The notes under the pieces: generated by a model
Databases searched by the model: none
Seen by the model: the letters and a program-made list of their open reading frames with translations, nothing else
What the model was told of the DNA's origin: nothing
Assembly: GCF_009834535.1 (NCBI RefSeq)
Contig: NC_045711.1
Location: 41,168,001-41,232,000, forward strand
DNA length: 64,000 nucleotides
Source of the DNA: Camelus ferus
Lineage: Eukaryota
Direction: 5' to 3'
Shown: positions 1 to 13,420 of the stretch, in pieces
How the letters are laid out: each line of letters opens with the position of its first letter
Numbering within the stretch: position 1 is the first letter of the stretch
Made by a program: the position numbers and the translations under genes

Positions 1-3000
1 CACCCTCACCCCAAACTGCCATGGAGGACCGACAAAGTCTATCTCATATTTTGGAAACACATTTAATCTCTTCATTTATCCATCATCCATCCATCCACCA
101 AACAAGCATTTAGCACTGATTATATCTTCAGCCCTGTACTCAGTGCTAAGGATGCAGAGAGATTAAAATGCTGCTGGTAATAGCATTTGTTCAGCATTTA
201 GTACAAGCTGGTAAGCATACCATTTCATTTACTCTGTACAGCCACACTATGAGTTAGGTGTCACTATTTTACAGGTAGAGAAGCTGAGGCCCCAGGACAC
301 AGAGCCAGCCAGAATTCACACATGCTTTAGGAGTGCCCCGGGGAGGTCCAAACCAGTATGGCAGCTCTGTGTGAAAGGAAAACAGTAGGAGTACTGTGCA
401 AAGGCTCCTGGAGAGGGTGACATCTCAAAGAAGACTTGAAGTTTGAGTCTAATTTGGCCCTAAGGTGACAGGAATGATCACAAGCAGAGGCAAGAGTGAG
501 CTAAGGTCTGGAGGATGGAGTGTATGGATATATCCACCCAGAGCCTCTATCTCTTGCTCCTCTCCCTCCTCCCCATCCCAAACTGCACACAGGAGACACC
601 TCGTTCATATTTCTATTGATTATTTGAATGTGATGATCTGTGTGCCAGATTAAGAAGGCATGGTGTCTCAGGGAGATTATTTCAGGAAGTAAACACAGAT
701 CCAGCCAAGATGGGAAAGAAAGAAGGTTCTGAGCGATTGGAATGTGGGTGTGTGGACAGGACTGAGAGCTGGTGGCCACATTTCCAGGATGTACAACAGC
801 ATGGCCTGGGTTGCTATACCAATGAAAGACTCCTGGAGTCTGTGTGAGAGAGATGCCCCCCACCCCCGATGCCCTCTGCAGGGTGGGCAGAGAGCAGTGG
901 ATGGATCCAGGTTGCGGGCTTCCTGGGGCCAGGCTGGGTGGGGAGCTTCCATGAGACAAGACAGACTATCCACCCCCATTCCCCTATTCAGGCTGTGTAT
1001 GGCTTCTCCACTCCCAGACAGCCAACCTGCTCAGGGCAAGGTGGGGAAGAGTCAGGAAGCTCAGGGTTATGGAAAAAGGGCTTCAGAGACTCAAGACCAT
1101 ATCCTGATTCTATCTCGCCCTGGAGGAGGACTCTCCCATGGCCTGCAACTCTGGAGGGGCCACAAGGTGGGCAGGGCTGAGCTTCCCCCAGAGGAACAAC
1201 ATCCACTCTGTGTAATCCGCATCCCAGTTTCCCCAGCTCTCTGTACTGACCCTGCAATAGAGGCTCAGAGCAGTGAAGTTACTTGCCCAGGGTCACACAG
1301 CTTGTGAGTAAAGGAGAGAGAATTCAATTCATATCCAAGACCGTCTGTGCTCTTTGCCCTGCCCTCCATGCTCTGGGCCCCTTTGGTACTGGGACAAAAT
1401 ACCATTTCCAAATTAGATGGCTACTTTTTCACGGAGACCCCCAGCTTCATACCCACAGCCCTTTTCAAAGCTATAGACTCTGGGGACCCTTGCTGACTCT
1501 CTTTTGAGGACCAGAGGAGGGGGCTATCAAATCCCCAGCAGCCAGGCCCCCTGGGTGATGAGCTCATCTCAAAGGCAGGAAGTCTCCAGCCATCACGTGT
1601 ACGACAAGAGCTTTCCCTTTGCCCAGCAGTCACAGGCAGGGCCCTCCTCTACCAGGCTTAGTTCAGTTCTCATTTGCCCTACCTCCTTCTCCTTCAATTA
1701 ATGCTGCAAATCACTGTTCTTGTTTTCATGGCTCCTAATGGACTATGAACAACTCTTGGCAGGTTCTGTGGCTGTCCTCCTTCGGTCCTTATCAGGGCCA
1801 TTTGGGTGAAAGGTGTCAGCACTGTCTCAGGGAGGAGTCCACTGTGACCATTGACCCTCCTTGAGAAGGTCATCTGAGAACAGCTGAGGAAGCCCTGGGG
1901 GAGAGGAGATGGTCCCTGGCTCGCAAGGACCGGTTTATCCTCAGAAGCAGGTGGCTAATAAACTGGAGAGAACCAGGGCTGAGATTTTAGGAAGTTCAGA
2001 CCTGTTCACATGGGCCAGGCAATCAGGCAGAGGCCCCTGAAGCAACCCGGGATTGAGCATGTTGGGCCTAGGGCCCTCAGGCGCACCACCTAAGTGGTCC
2101 TGGAAAGACAGGGATGGCTGGACACAGCAGGGAGCACCAGGAATGATTTGTAAGACCTGGACTGCCCAGCTCCAAGGAGAGAAGACAGGGTGTAGGGGTG
2201 GTCATCAAATCCTTGATTGAAGAAGAGGGCAGGGGTGTTCTTAAGGACAGAGAGGACCATAGGGAGTAAGGCTAGGGAGGCGTACTTGGGCTGTTTTCAA
2301 GGAATCCCCCTCCCCAAGAGAAAAAACAGAGCTGGGTGGAAGATGAAGCACTCTTAAGCACTGGAAGTGTCCCTCCCCACTGGCTGGCTTGCCCTGAGAT
2401 GGGAGGGTGAAGTGGACAGGGTACCACACTGAATAGGAGGCCGAGCATCTTGCTCACCCAGAATCTGACTCCAAGGACCCTGACCACTCCCCTGTTTTCA
2501 ACCATCTCTCAAATAGGGTCCATGTATTTTGCCTTATACATGTTCACGTCACCACTTGGCACCTTGCAAGGTGCTTAAATGGACCCTACAAGGTCCAGTC
2601 CTCGCTTTCTTCCTTTGCCTCAGCTCTCGCCATTCCCACCTTGACTCAACTGTTTTCAGATCCTCAGCTGCATTTTCTAAGATCTCCAGGGAGTTGTCCA
2701 GGCGCTTGCTTCTCGCAGGCATATTCTCCCCGCATCTCTCTCCCCACTTTACTGATTATGTCTTGGTAATCTTTCAAGTCTCAGCCTAAGACTAAACTTC
2801 CTCCATGACCTCTCATCACGGACTGGAATGGGTCCACTGGTAAGTGCTAGAAGACCCTATCACAGCACATGTCACACTGTGTTTCATTCTCCTGATAACT
2901 TGTCTACCTCCCCACCAGAAAAAGTCCATGAAGGCAGGATCTGTCTGTATTACTGTCCATGTGCCTCTCTTGAGCTGATACTCAACAAATATATTTTGAA

Positions 3001-3227
3001 ACAATAGATGGGTAGATAGATGACTAGTTTGGGGGATGGATGGATTGATGGATGGGTAGATGGGTGGGTGGATGGGTTTGCCCATATGATAATTTACAAG
3101 TTTCATACCAGAGAGCGAAGCCCTCCCTCCAGCATGTTCTGAAGCTGGTCCCTGGATCTTCAGATAGGACAGATGGAGGTCATGGGTCAGGCAACAAGGC
3201 AAAGAAGTGAATGGGTTTTCACCACCA

Positions 3228-4150
3228 TCAAGATTGTGAAGAGGAAACCAACAGCAAAACAAAAAGGCAATGTATTGAATAGGAGAAGATATTTGCCAAT
3301 GATATGTCTGATAAGGGGTTAGTATCTAAAATATATAAAGAATTCTTACAACTAAAAAAAAAACCAATTAAAAAATGTACAGAGGACCTGAATAGGCATT
3401 TTTCCAAAAAAGACATANNNNNNNNNNNNNNNNNNNNNNNNNNNNNNNNNNNNNNNNNNNNNNNNNNNNNNNNNNNNNNNNNNNNNNNNNNNNNNNNNNN
3501 NNNNNNNNNNNNNNNNNNNNNNNNNNNNNNNNNNNNNNNNNNNNNNNNNNNNNNNNNNNAGATACAGTACATATATGGAATGGAATATTACCCAGCCATA
3601 AAAAACAAAATTTTGCCACTTGTAACAACATGGATGGACCTGGACCTGGAGGGTATTATGCTTAATGAAATAACTTAGACAGAGACAGACAAATGCTATA
3701 TATTTTCACTTATATGTGGAATCTAAAAAAATAAAATAAATGCATGAATATAGCAAAAATAGAAATAGACTAACAGACAACAGACTAGTGGTTACAAGTG
3801 GGGAGAAGAATGGGGAAAGGGGCACGATAGGGGGAGGCGGGGATTAAGAGGTACAAACTAGGGTGTAGGGTATAGCTCAGTGGTAGAGTGCGTGCTTAGC
3901 ATGCATGAAGTCCTGGGTTCAATCCCCAGTACCTCCATTAAATGTTAAAAAAATTTTTTTTAAAAAAAAGAGGTACAAACTACTAGGTAGGAAATAAGTA
4001 AAAGGATGTAATGTACAGCACAAGGAATACAGCCAGTATTTTATAATAACTTTATATAACCTATAAAAATATTGAATCTATATGTTGCACACCTGAAACC
4101 AATATAATATTGTAAGTCAACTATACTTCAGTAAAACAAACAAAAAAGAA
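3228..4150 (+). mobile_element. LINE-1 3' fragment (ORF2 C-terminus + 3' UTR), interrupted by an N-run and a SINE
   Basis: ORF2-like peptide [16 protein letters not shown]...[11 protein letters not shown]...MEYYPAIKN...TTWMDL; L1 3' UTR ending TCAACTATACTTCA followed by an A-rich tail. Confidence 0.85.
3861..3967 (+). mobile_element. tRNA-derived SINE (camelid vic-1-like) inserted into an L1
   Basis: A-box TAGCTCAGTGGTAGAG, B-box GGTTCAATCCC, A/T-rich tail. 15-bp TSD AAGAGGTACAAACTA at 3846-3860 and 3968-3982. Confidence 0.85.
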
Positions 4151-4889
4151 GATTATAAAGAGGAGATAGGGAGTCACCTGTCCAGAATTGTCCCTGCACA
4201 TGTGCTCTGGCTCCTGGAGGCTGGGCAGGGATTCAGGGAATGCTCTGATGCTAAAAGAGACCTGAGACACATTTCAATAGTCATCAAGAACCTCCTCCCT
4301 GCATTACAAAGTAGCAAGCCTGTGCCTCTTCTTCCAAATCTCCATGCCCTACTCTTTTTAAAAATTGGGATTAAAAAAATAACACATAACATAAAATTTA
4401 CCATCTTAACCATTTTTAACTATACACTTCAGTATCAAGTCTAATCACATTGTTTTGCAAGCAATCTCCAGAATCTTTTTAGTCTTGCAAAACTGAAACT
4501 CTACATCCATGAAACGCTAACTCCCTATTCTCCCCTCCCCCAGCCCCTGGCAACCACCACCTACTTTCTGTTTCTATGACTTTGACTACTAGATACCTCA
4601 TAAAAGCAGAAGCATACAGTATCTGTCTTTTTGTGACTGGCTTATTTCACTTAGAATAATGTCCTCAAGCCTCATCCATGTTATAGCATATGTCAGAAGT
4701 CTGTTCCTTTTTAAAGCTGATTAGCATTCTGTTTTGCATCTGTATNNNNNNNNNNNNNNNNNNNNNNNNNNNNNNNNNNNNNNNNNNNNNNNNNNNNNNN
4801 NNNNNNNNNNNNNNNNNNNNNNNNNNNNNNNNNNNNNNNNNNNNNNNNNNNNNNNNNNNNNNNNNNNNNNNNNNNNNNNNNNTTCCACA

Positions 4890-5372
4890 TATTGAATTAT
4901 TGGGAAGACATTCTGGCTTACACAGGATTTAACTTAAGCTTTATGCCTGTTTTGTAACCTTTAAACATACATTGGACACCTGTTTTAACCATTTAAAAAA
5001 GCGGGCATTGTCCAGAAGTAAAGAATGTCTGTTTCAAAGACAGAGATAAGCGCCTCCCTTCCTGGGACACCAATGCTAATATTTCTTTTATGATAAGACT
5101 CCCTTCCCAGGCATCCAGGCCATACTGACTTGCGGTGATGTGCTGATCTGTCTGTTTTGAAACCTCGAAGGAACGTACCACCGTCACAGTTGATGTCCTT
5201 AGTTCTGACACGATATAAAACTGTGCTGAAAACAATGCTTCTTTGGAACAATTCCTCAGAGATATTTGAGAGGCTGTCTCCTAAATTAATTAATTTTTTA
5301 GTACTCAGTTGGCTTGAATGAAACGCTCTTCTATTCTTATTTTAGATTGGCTATTGATTATTTCCAGCGACA
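4890..5372 (+). mobile_element. Probable solo ERV LTR inserted in the antisense L1
   Basis: About 480 bp of non-L1 sequence between L1 pieces, ending ...CGACA. TATAAAA at 5214-5220, degenerate poly(A)-signal region ~5315-5325, CpGs retained. TSD not resolved. Confidence 0.55.
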
Positions 5373-5677
5373 TACCCAGAAGTGGTATTGCTGCATCATA
5401 CGATANNNNNNNNNNNNNNNNNNNNNNNNNNNNNNNNNNNNNNNNNNNNNNNNNNNNNNNNNNNNNNNNNNNNNNNNNNNNNNNNNNNNNNNNNNNNNNN
5501 NNNNNNNNNNNNNNNNNNNNNNNNNNNNNNNNNNNNNNNNNNNNNNNNNNNNNNNNNNNNNNNNNNNNNNNNNNNNNNNNNNNNNNNNNNNNNNNNNNNN
5601 NNNNNNNNNNNNNNNNNNNNNNNNNNNNNNNNATGCTTGTTGGTCATTTGCATATCGATTAAAGTCCTTTGCCCATT

Positions 5678-5837
5678 TTAATTCATTACTTAATTTAATT
5701 TTTAAACTTTCTTTTTTTAATTTAATTTTATTTATTATTATTATTATTATTATTTTTAAATGGAGGTACTGGAGATTGAACCCAGGACCTCATGCATACT
5801 AAGCACGGGCTCTACCCCTGAGCTATTTCCCTCCCCA
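5678..5837 (-). mobile_element. tRNA-derived SINE (same family), antisense, inside an L1
   Basis: Reverse complement of the same A/B-box body (~5760-5836) with a (TAA)n/A-rich tail. TSD CCTTTGCCCATT at 5666-5677 and 5838-5849. Confidence 0.8.
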
Positions 5838-8800
5838 CCTTTGCCCATTGTTAAATCAAATTATATATTTGTTTGTTGTTGTTGTTGAGTTGCAGGGGTC
5901 CCTTACATATTCTGGATATTAACTCTTTATCAGATATGTGATGTACAAATATTTTTCTCCCATTCCACAGGTTGCCTTTTCACTCTGTTGATTGTGTCCT
6001 TAGATACATATGCCCAGCTCCTGGGGCTGGGGGCTCTCTGCTTTCTCATTTAAATTTTCTTTTATGTTTATTTTAATCTGATTTCACCTATCTCAATATT
6101 GTGGGGAGGCCACAAAGATGAGAAGAGATGGTAAGATTAGTTCTGGCTCCCAGTCTTTGAGTCCTTGAACCTGATTCTATCCATTCGTGACTCATCCCCA
6201 TTGTTATCTCTTGGCGTCCAGCACCAGGTGGTTGCAGCCCTTCTCCAGGGTCCCTTGAATCTCAGGATCAATAAATCAGTAGCGGTTCAGATGCAGTTTA
6301 TTTGCCCAAGAGATCATTATTTGTTGACAGATCTAAGCAGGACTCTGTTTGACCACACCTCTTTCAACTGTGACAGTGATAAAGTTTCCCTCTGGTCATA
6401 TGCCCTGACCTTGAAAGCTGGGAGGCAGGGAGTGGACCCTACCTGGCAAGGAAGCAAGGAGGCCCTTGTCTGTGGAGAGTGGAGCCTTTTATAAAAGGCC
6501 TTTCACTGAGGACAGCAGGATTTAATCAGATTGTCCTTGGTGGGGGAGTGGTGATAAGGCTAACAGAACAGAGTTTGTTTGGATCATGGAACTCTCTGCC
6601 TAGGAGAGCAACTGGAAGTCTGCCTGGAAGAGGAGGGAAGGATCCTCAGGCCTTCTGGGGGGAAACGGGTCCTTCTTCTCCCATTGAAGCATCCTCTGCT
6701 CCTCAAAGAGGAGGAGGAGGGGAAGGGACTGGGACGCAGCTTCCAATCTGAGCTCAGTCCCTCAGTGGCCACGTGACCAGCTCTTGGGCTTTCTGAGTCT
6801 CTGTTGCCTCATCTATAACATAAGCACGAGAAGAACCTACCTGGAAGGCTTGCTGTGGAGTTACGGGAGCAGGTACAGGGTGCACAGGAGGTCTCGAGGC
6901 AAAGGATGGTTTCTTCCTTTTCCCTTTCCTCTTTTAAGCCTCGGCGTCCTATGCAGACCTCCACTTGGCAGGTGGGCACCCTTCCCTGGCTAAACATCTG
7001 CAGGCACCACATGCTCCCCCACCCCCGGGCTGAATAGAACCTTGACGTCTGGAGTTCGCTGCCCACTTCCACTTCCACTCCCCGAAAACTCTCCCCGGCC
7101 CCCAAAAGCAGATCACACCTGCCACCTGGGCTTGATGTCGTGGCCCATCTCCACCACACTGACCCGAGAACCCTTTTCAGGACATGCTGGCTGCTCTGGT
7201 TTCCAAGCACAAACTATGCTTTTGGTGGTCACAATTGTCCCCGCCGTGTCCTTGCTAGAACTTGAGAGCCTAGGGAGCAGAGTGGGGATCTGATTTGCCT
7301 GAGTTTGGTTGTTAATTCAATGCATAGTCCAGTGCTCTTCTGGGAACAGAGGCCTGAAAGACGGTGATGGCTGACAGACAGATGATACATGAATGACAGA
7401 TGTACCACTTGGATTCCCCTGTGGAGCATCCGGAACTCTCCCACCCCTCCCCACATATGCTGACCTACACACATTTACACACTGACCCACCTCCCTCAAG
7501 ATGTCAAAACAGAGCCCTTACCATTTAATTCACAAGGCATACCAGTCTCTAGGGTGGAGGGGGTCCTTGCTCTGTGTCTGTCCCCAAACTTGACACCCTT
7601 CCCTCTCTAGATATGTGCCCCTAAGGGATCGGAGGAAGACACCCTGACCATTCAGATCACCGAGTTCTGGAATAACAGTACTGGAAAGGAGGCTGGAGAT
7701 TATCCAGGGCCAATTTTCTCATTTCATGCTGAGGAAACTGAGGCCCAAAGAAATGCAGAGACGTCCCAAAGCTCACACACATCTGGCACACCTGGCACTA
7801 GAACGCAAGTCTCTTCCTGCATTAATTTTACTCCAAGTATTCAGTCAACACGAATGAGTCCCCACTGTGGGCCAAGCCCTAGTAGGCATTTTCACAGTCA
7901 TCCTGACATTTAATTCTCACCACACCGCTGGAGGTTGCTACGATCATCATCAGTGAACAGAGCGCCAAACTCAAGTCTCAGAAAAGAGAAATGACTGGCC
8001 AAAGACCTCATGGCTAGTAAGTGGCCAAATTAGGACTTGAACTCAGATCCTCAAGTGTCAGCTCAGCACCTTCCCACCAAGCCTGCTGTCCCTCCTTGGC
8101 AATTCTGAAAGGTTGATGGGGGGCCGGCACCCATGCCCAGCTGATAGGAGAGGGTACGGGTGAAGGCCCATTGGAGACATTTTGTGGCTTGAAGGGTGGC
8201 AAGTGGCCAGAAAGTGGCCTTCTGGAGAACATGGCCCTGCTTGACACAACATGCAAATCAGGCCTGACAGCCTCAGGAATGCTGCGGGACAGCTCAGTAC
8301 ATGGCTCAGTAGAGCTGAGAGCAGGCAGAGTGCCCAACAAGCAAGGCTTCTGGACAGCAGCTGGGTCCCCCCACAGCCCCGGCCTGGCTCATGTATCCTG
8401 CTGGAAGCCTCTTACGATGCACACGTCATCCACACTCAGCCCTAGGGTTAGTACATTTACCTCCTTTGTGTCTCAATTTATTGGTCTCAAATGGGAGGAT
8501 GATAGTAATGGTCTATAGGAAGGTTTTTTTGTTTTTTGTTTTTGTTTTCCCTAAAATACCACTTTGTGGAGGTCAAGGTTCCATTCAAATACCTTTAGTC
8601 TCTACATATACCTCCTAATAACAACCATGTGTCTTGTTATTAAGCAACTGCAGTATTCTGGAACTTGGTTATATCTTTACAATGTCCCATTTTACAGATA
8701 GGAAAACTGAAGCACAGAGAAGTTAAGTCAGTTGCTCTAGGTCACACAGCTGGTAAATGGCAGAGCTGGGATTTACTCTCAGGATCATCCAATTCCAAAT

Positions 8801-9119
8801 TCAGGGCTCTTTCCAAGATATCACAACACTTGTTATTTGCTCTTCAAAGTCCTACCTTGATAGCCTGCCTCAACTCCAATCACAGCTTCATCCACACAGG
8901 CCAACTCACTGGTGCCTTTTATGTTTTCCCCACCTCTCCAATGGCCTAAATGTATATACTTGTGTTTGGGTGTGTATATGTTTGTATGTGTGTTTAGATA
9001 CATTTATGTGCTTGTGGGATTTAAACACACACACACAAATATATCTATAGTGAGTATAGCACATATGTATTTGTAATGAGCTTAAGTTGGTTATTAGTAT
9101 TATTAAAATCACCCATATG

Positions 9120-11950
9120 GTTTCTGATTTATTATCTATTTGTTCTAATCAATTACTGAGAGAGGGGTGTAAAAAATTCCAACTGTGGTTGTGAATTTGT
9201 TTATTTCTATTTTTACTTCTTCATATTTTTTTCTTAATATATTTTCTCCTTATATTTTGAATCCATTATTAGGTGCAAGCATGTTTAACATTATTATGTC
9301 TCCCTGATAGATTGACCATTTTGTCATTATGAAAAGTCCCTTTATGTGTCTGGCAAAACTCCTTATCTTGAAATCTACTTTATCTAATATAATAGAGTCA
9401 CATCAACTTTCTTATGCTTACTGTTAGCTTGTCATATCCTTTAACACCCTTTCACTTTCAACCTGTCTGTGTCTTTTTAGTATAAAGTATATCTTTTTTT
9501 CTTTAAAGTATTAAGTATATCCTTGTTTCTTTAAAGTATATCCCTTGTATACAGCAAATAGTTGGGTCTATTTTATTTTGCCCAGTCTGGCCATCTCTTG
9601 CTTTTTAACTGAAGTGCTTAATCTATTTACATTTAATGTAATTATTGATATGGTCAATTTCAGTCTGCCATCCTGCTATTTGTTTTCTATTTGTTTCTCA
9701 AGTCCTCCTTCCTTGTCTTCTTTTGGGTTAGTTGAATATATCCTTAGTACTCTATCCATCAGTCAATCTCTTACTCTTTTGGTGAAATTCAAAGTAAATT
9801 GTAGATATCAAAATACTTCATCCAGTATTGTGATGGTAAATGTTTAAGAACTGGATCTCTAGGGGGGAGGAAAAGGTCCTAATTTGTAGTATTTACCAGT
9901 TTCCATTGGGTAAATACTCCCATCATATCTGATTTCAAGCCATCAATTGAACACACCATTGAACACACAATTGGGAAGAGATGACCAATCGTGCATGATT
10001 ATAAACTACTATGTACAAAATAAGTAAGCTACAAGAATGTATTATTGTACAGCACAGGGAATACACCTAATATTTCATAATAACTACAAATGGAGTATAA
10101 CCTTTAAAAACTGTGAATCACTGTGTTGTACATCTGAAACATACACATCAACTATACCTCAATAAAAATAGTTAAAATAATGCACCATTATATCATAGTT
10201 CTGTGATACAGACATAATAGATGTAAATAATCTCAAGTACATAGATTGTAGCAAAAATTATAATGTTAGTAAGAAGTGATGAGTTTCAAATTTTTGTTAC
10301 CTTTGTTTTTAGCCATTTCTTTTGGCATGTATATCATCTCTGTTTCTAAATGGAATACATACACTCATTTTATTCATCAATTTCAGACATTATTTATCAG
10401 CTTCCTATTATGTTTATCTATAATATAACTGTACTGGGAAATCTTAGGTCTCTCAAGTCAAATATGATTGTAATTTAAAATTAAATCAATATTCAGTGTG
10501 TACATTAGAAATGCTTATGCAAATATTTATAGTTGGTTATTGTAGTGTATGATGATGATGATGCCTTTCTTTATCATTATTTTTATAGAAGTTAATAATT
10601 GCCTTGTTAACTTAGTTTTCCTTGTATACATTATTAACTCTTCTCACACCATCTTAAGGCCTAGAGTACAGTGTTCCCAAAGGTTATTCCCATCAGGTGC
10701 CCTGTCACTTCTACATCATTCCTTGAGACCTTCATTTTCCTCTGTCTTGGAGACCTCCATTCTCCTTTCATCTAGGTTAGTTGCTCTCCAGGCCTGCTGC
10801 ACAGCTGTCATCCTCGGACTCCCTTTTTGTCCCCTTAGTATTCCCTTTGTCCTTCTCTGAGTCGGGTCTCATGCCATCCTCCTAAATTTACTTGCTTTCT
10901 TTTGGTGGAGCACGTTTATCAGCAGAGGGCTAGTTATGACAACACTCGGTATGATTGCCTCATGAGTCATACTGCCCCAATGTGGATGGACTTCCCTTTA
11001 TATCTGAAGCACAACTGTCATCATGACATCTACCTACATCATCATTCTGAAGATTCCCTTTGTTTCTCTTCTGGGTTGGCTCTCCTATTCCTTCTATCCA
11101 TTTCTTGCCTCTTAATTTACACCCTCATTTAGGTAGAGCACAACTTCTAATAGCTTGTTTAGAAAGGAAATATGCAGTGAACTTTTTGAGAACTTGCATA
11201 TCTGAAAATGCCTGATTCTATCTTCACACTGGAATGACAGTTTGGCTGGTAATAGAATTCTAGGTCGCAAATAATTGTTCTTCAGAAGTTTGAAGTCATT
11301 CCTCCATTGTTTTCTTTTTTTTTTCTCCACTGTTTTCTTGCTTCAAGTGAAATCTAAAGTTCTTTTGACTCCTGATCTTTTTATGAAAGCTGTTTTTTCT
11401 CTTGGAAACTAGTAGGTTATCTCTGTCTCTAAGAATTTAAAATGTGACAATAATGTGCCTGGAGTGAGTCTATTTTTAACAACTGGCTGGACATTTAGTG
11501 GGCTCTGTCAACCTACAGGCACACATCCTCCAATTCTGAGACATTTTCTTGAACAATATCAATGATGTTTTCTTCTCCTCTATTTTTTTTCCTCTTTTTG
11601 GATTATTTGGTTTTTCAGGTGGCAAGGCAGTCTCTCTAAATTTATTATCTTATTTTCTGTTTCTTTTTCTTTTTGCTTTAGTATCATTTCTGTTGTCATG
11701 TTTTCTGTCCTCTTAATGCTCTTTTTTTTTTTCTGAGAGCATCCTATTCTTGTTTTAAGGACACAATATCTTATCTCTCTGATGATATGATGATAGGGAT
11801 TTTTTGAAATTTTCTTTTTCCTGCATAGTTTCTATTTCTCCTGAGCTTTTTTTTCTGTTTGTTTGCTTTAGTCTCTATCATCGGTGTTAGAGGCTTTTCT
11901 CAGATGCTAGTAATTCATGCATTTGGTTATGATTAATAGTGGGGAAATAA
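9120..11950 (-). mobile_element. Old antisense L1 (L1M-type) fragments with nested insertions
   Basis: Degenerate T-rich antisense L1 ORF2 text at ~9120-9850 and ~10860-11950. A sense L1 3' end at ~10000-10170 (TCAACTATACCTCAATAAAA) and a hAT-like piece at ~9850-9990 are nested inside. Boundaries approximate. Confidence 0.55.
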
Positions 11951-12899
11951 AAGCAATTTGGATGCTCTGAGTCAACTATGAGTTTCACCATCATGACCTG
12001 GATTGGTCATTTGTTTGGAAACCCCAAGTGTCTCTATCTTTAGATCTTTCTTCTTTAGCCATTCACATTACTTACAAAAGACTCTTCAAATCTTCTGACT
12101 AGAGGATATAGGTTTCACTTCTAGCATTATGGGAGCCCAGTAGGAGGAAAGGGATGGGAGTATGAATAATTAGCACATATAATACATAATTCTACCTTTC
12201 AGTGTAGCCTTCAACCATGCCAGCCGACCTTCCCCCATGTGAAGAAATTTTGTTCCTTCTTTTAAGAATTACCCCCCACTCATCTGCTGGGGTGTATGAG
12301 GGACAGTCATTCCATGGTATAGAGTAGCAGAGGGGATTTAGCATCTAACTATTTTTCAGCTTTCACCCAATCCTCTTTATTTAAAATTTTACTCCCACCC
12401 CATATTCAATTCCATATATATATATGGAATTTATATATATATATAAATAAAATTCTTCCATGTGGAGTAAGTACAGTCTATTAGCATCTGTGGGATCATC
12501 TGTAGTTAATCAAGTTTCTTAATTGCCATCCACAGCATCCACTCTAGCTGATTTAATCATAAAGTGGTGTATTAATGGATATCAAGTGGCTAAAGAATCT
12601 CTGGGAGGACCAGAGAACTGAGAATAGAAGATAAATTACAAGCTCAAAGCAGCCAGGAATAACACAAGCAGGAAAATGCCTAACCATGCCACAGGATTTT
12701 CCAGTAGAAACACTACTATTGTCACAATTCACTGCCTAATCCCTATAACACTAAAATTTGAACCCTGGGAAGTTATCCCTGTCTGACCCCTCGAAGAACA
12801 GGATAACAGCACTATTGTGTTTACAGAATTTCCAGACTCCCAGCCTGTGGTCTATAGCTCATGTTGCTCTGCTGTAAGTACCTATGCTTGAAAGGTACT

Positions 12900-13420
12900 A
12901 GGTCATTGCAGCTGCATGATTTTTGACAGCAAAAGTAATTCAACAGAGGAAGGATATCCTTTCAACAAATGCTCCTGGAGTAATTGGATATCCACAAGCT
13001 AAAAAAACAAAACAAACAAACAAAAAAAGTAAACCTCACATCTTATACAAAAATTAATTCAAAATGGATCATAGACTAAAAAAGAAAATGAAAACTATGC
13101 AATTTATAGGAAAAAAGTAGGACAAAATCTTCAGGATATAGGGCTAGGCAGAGTTCTTTGAATTGGCACCAAAAACACAGTCCATAAAAGCAAAAATTGC
13201 TAAGTTGGACTTTGCCAAAATGAAAAACCTTTGGTCTGTGAAAGACCCTGTTAAGAGAATGAAAGATAAGCAAAAGACTAAGAAAAAAAAAAAAAATCAC
13301 TTGCAAACCAAATAGCCAACAAAGGACTAATATAAAAGAATGTTCAAAACTCTACATTAAAAAAATCTAATTAGAAGGTAGGCAAAAGATAAAAAGAGAA
13401 ATCTAATTGAAGAGAATGTA
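12900..13420 (+). mobile_element. LINE-1 ORF2 fragment, sense
   Basis: A-rich text TTCAACAAATG..CTGGAGTAATTGGATATCCACA..CCTCACATCTTATACAAAAATTAATTCAAAATGGATCATAGAC, typical of L1 ORF2. Confidence 0.75.

Larger units (their letters stand above)
3418..5632. other. Three N-runs (3418-3559, 4746-4882, 5406-5632): gaps or masked bases
   Basis: Runs of 142, 137 and 227 N, all inside L1-derived sequence. Confidence 0.95.
4350..6005 (-). mobile_element. Antisense LINE-1 3' fragment interrupted by N-runs, an LTR and a SINE
   Basis: Typical antisense L1 text (GGCTTATTTCACTTAG..ATGTCCTCAAG; CATACCCAGAAGTGG; TTCTGGATATTAAC..TCAGATATG). Confidence 0.75.

Noticed and set aside
465-3262. Several 60-187 aa ORFs (e.g. 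744-1307) as possible SLC13A2 exons
   Set aside because: No similarity to any protein I recognise, no transporter-like hydrophobic pattern and no consistent splice chain. Parts are L2/MIR-derived.
3861-3935. tRNA-like sequences (also ~5760-5836 and ~20460-20535) as true tRNA genes
   Set aside because: They have A-rich tails and TSDs and lack a proper acceptor stem, so they are SINEs rather than tRNAs.
3228-5802. ORFs containing long X runs
   Set aside because: They cross N-runs and lie in L1 fragments, so they are artefacts of the ORF caller.
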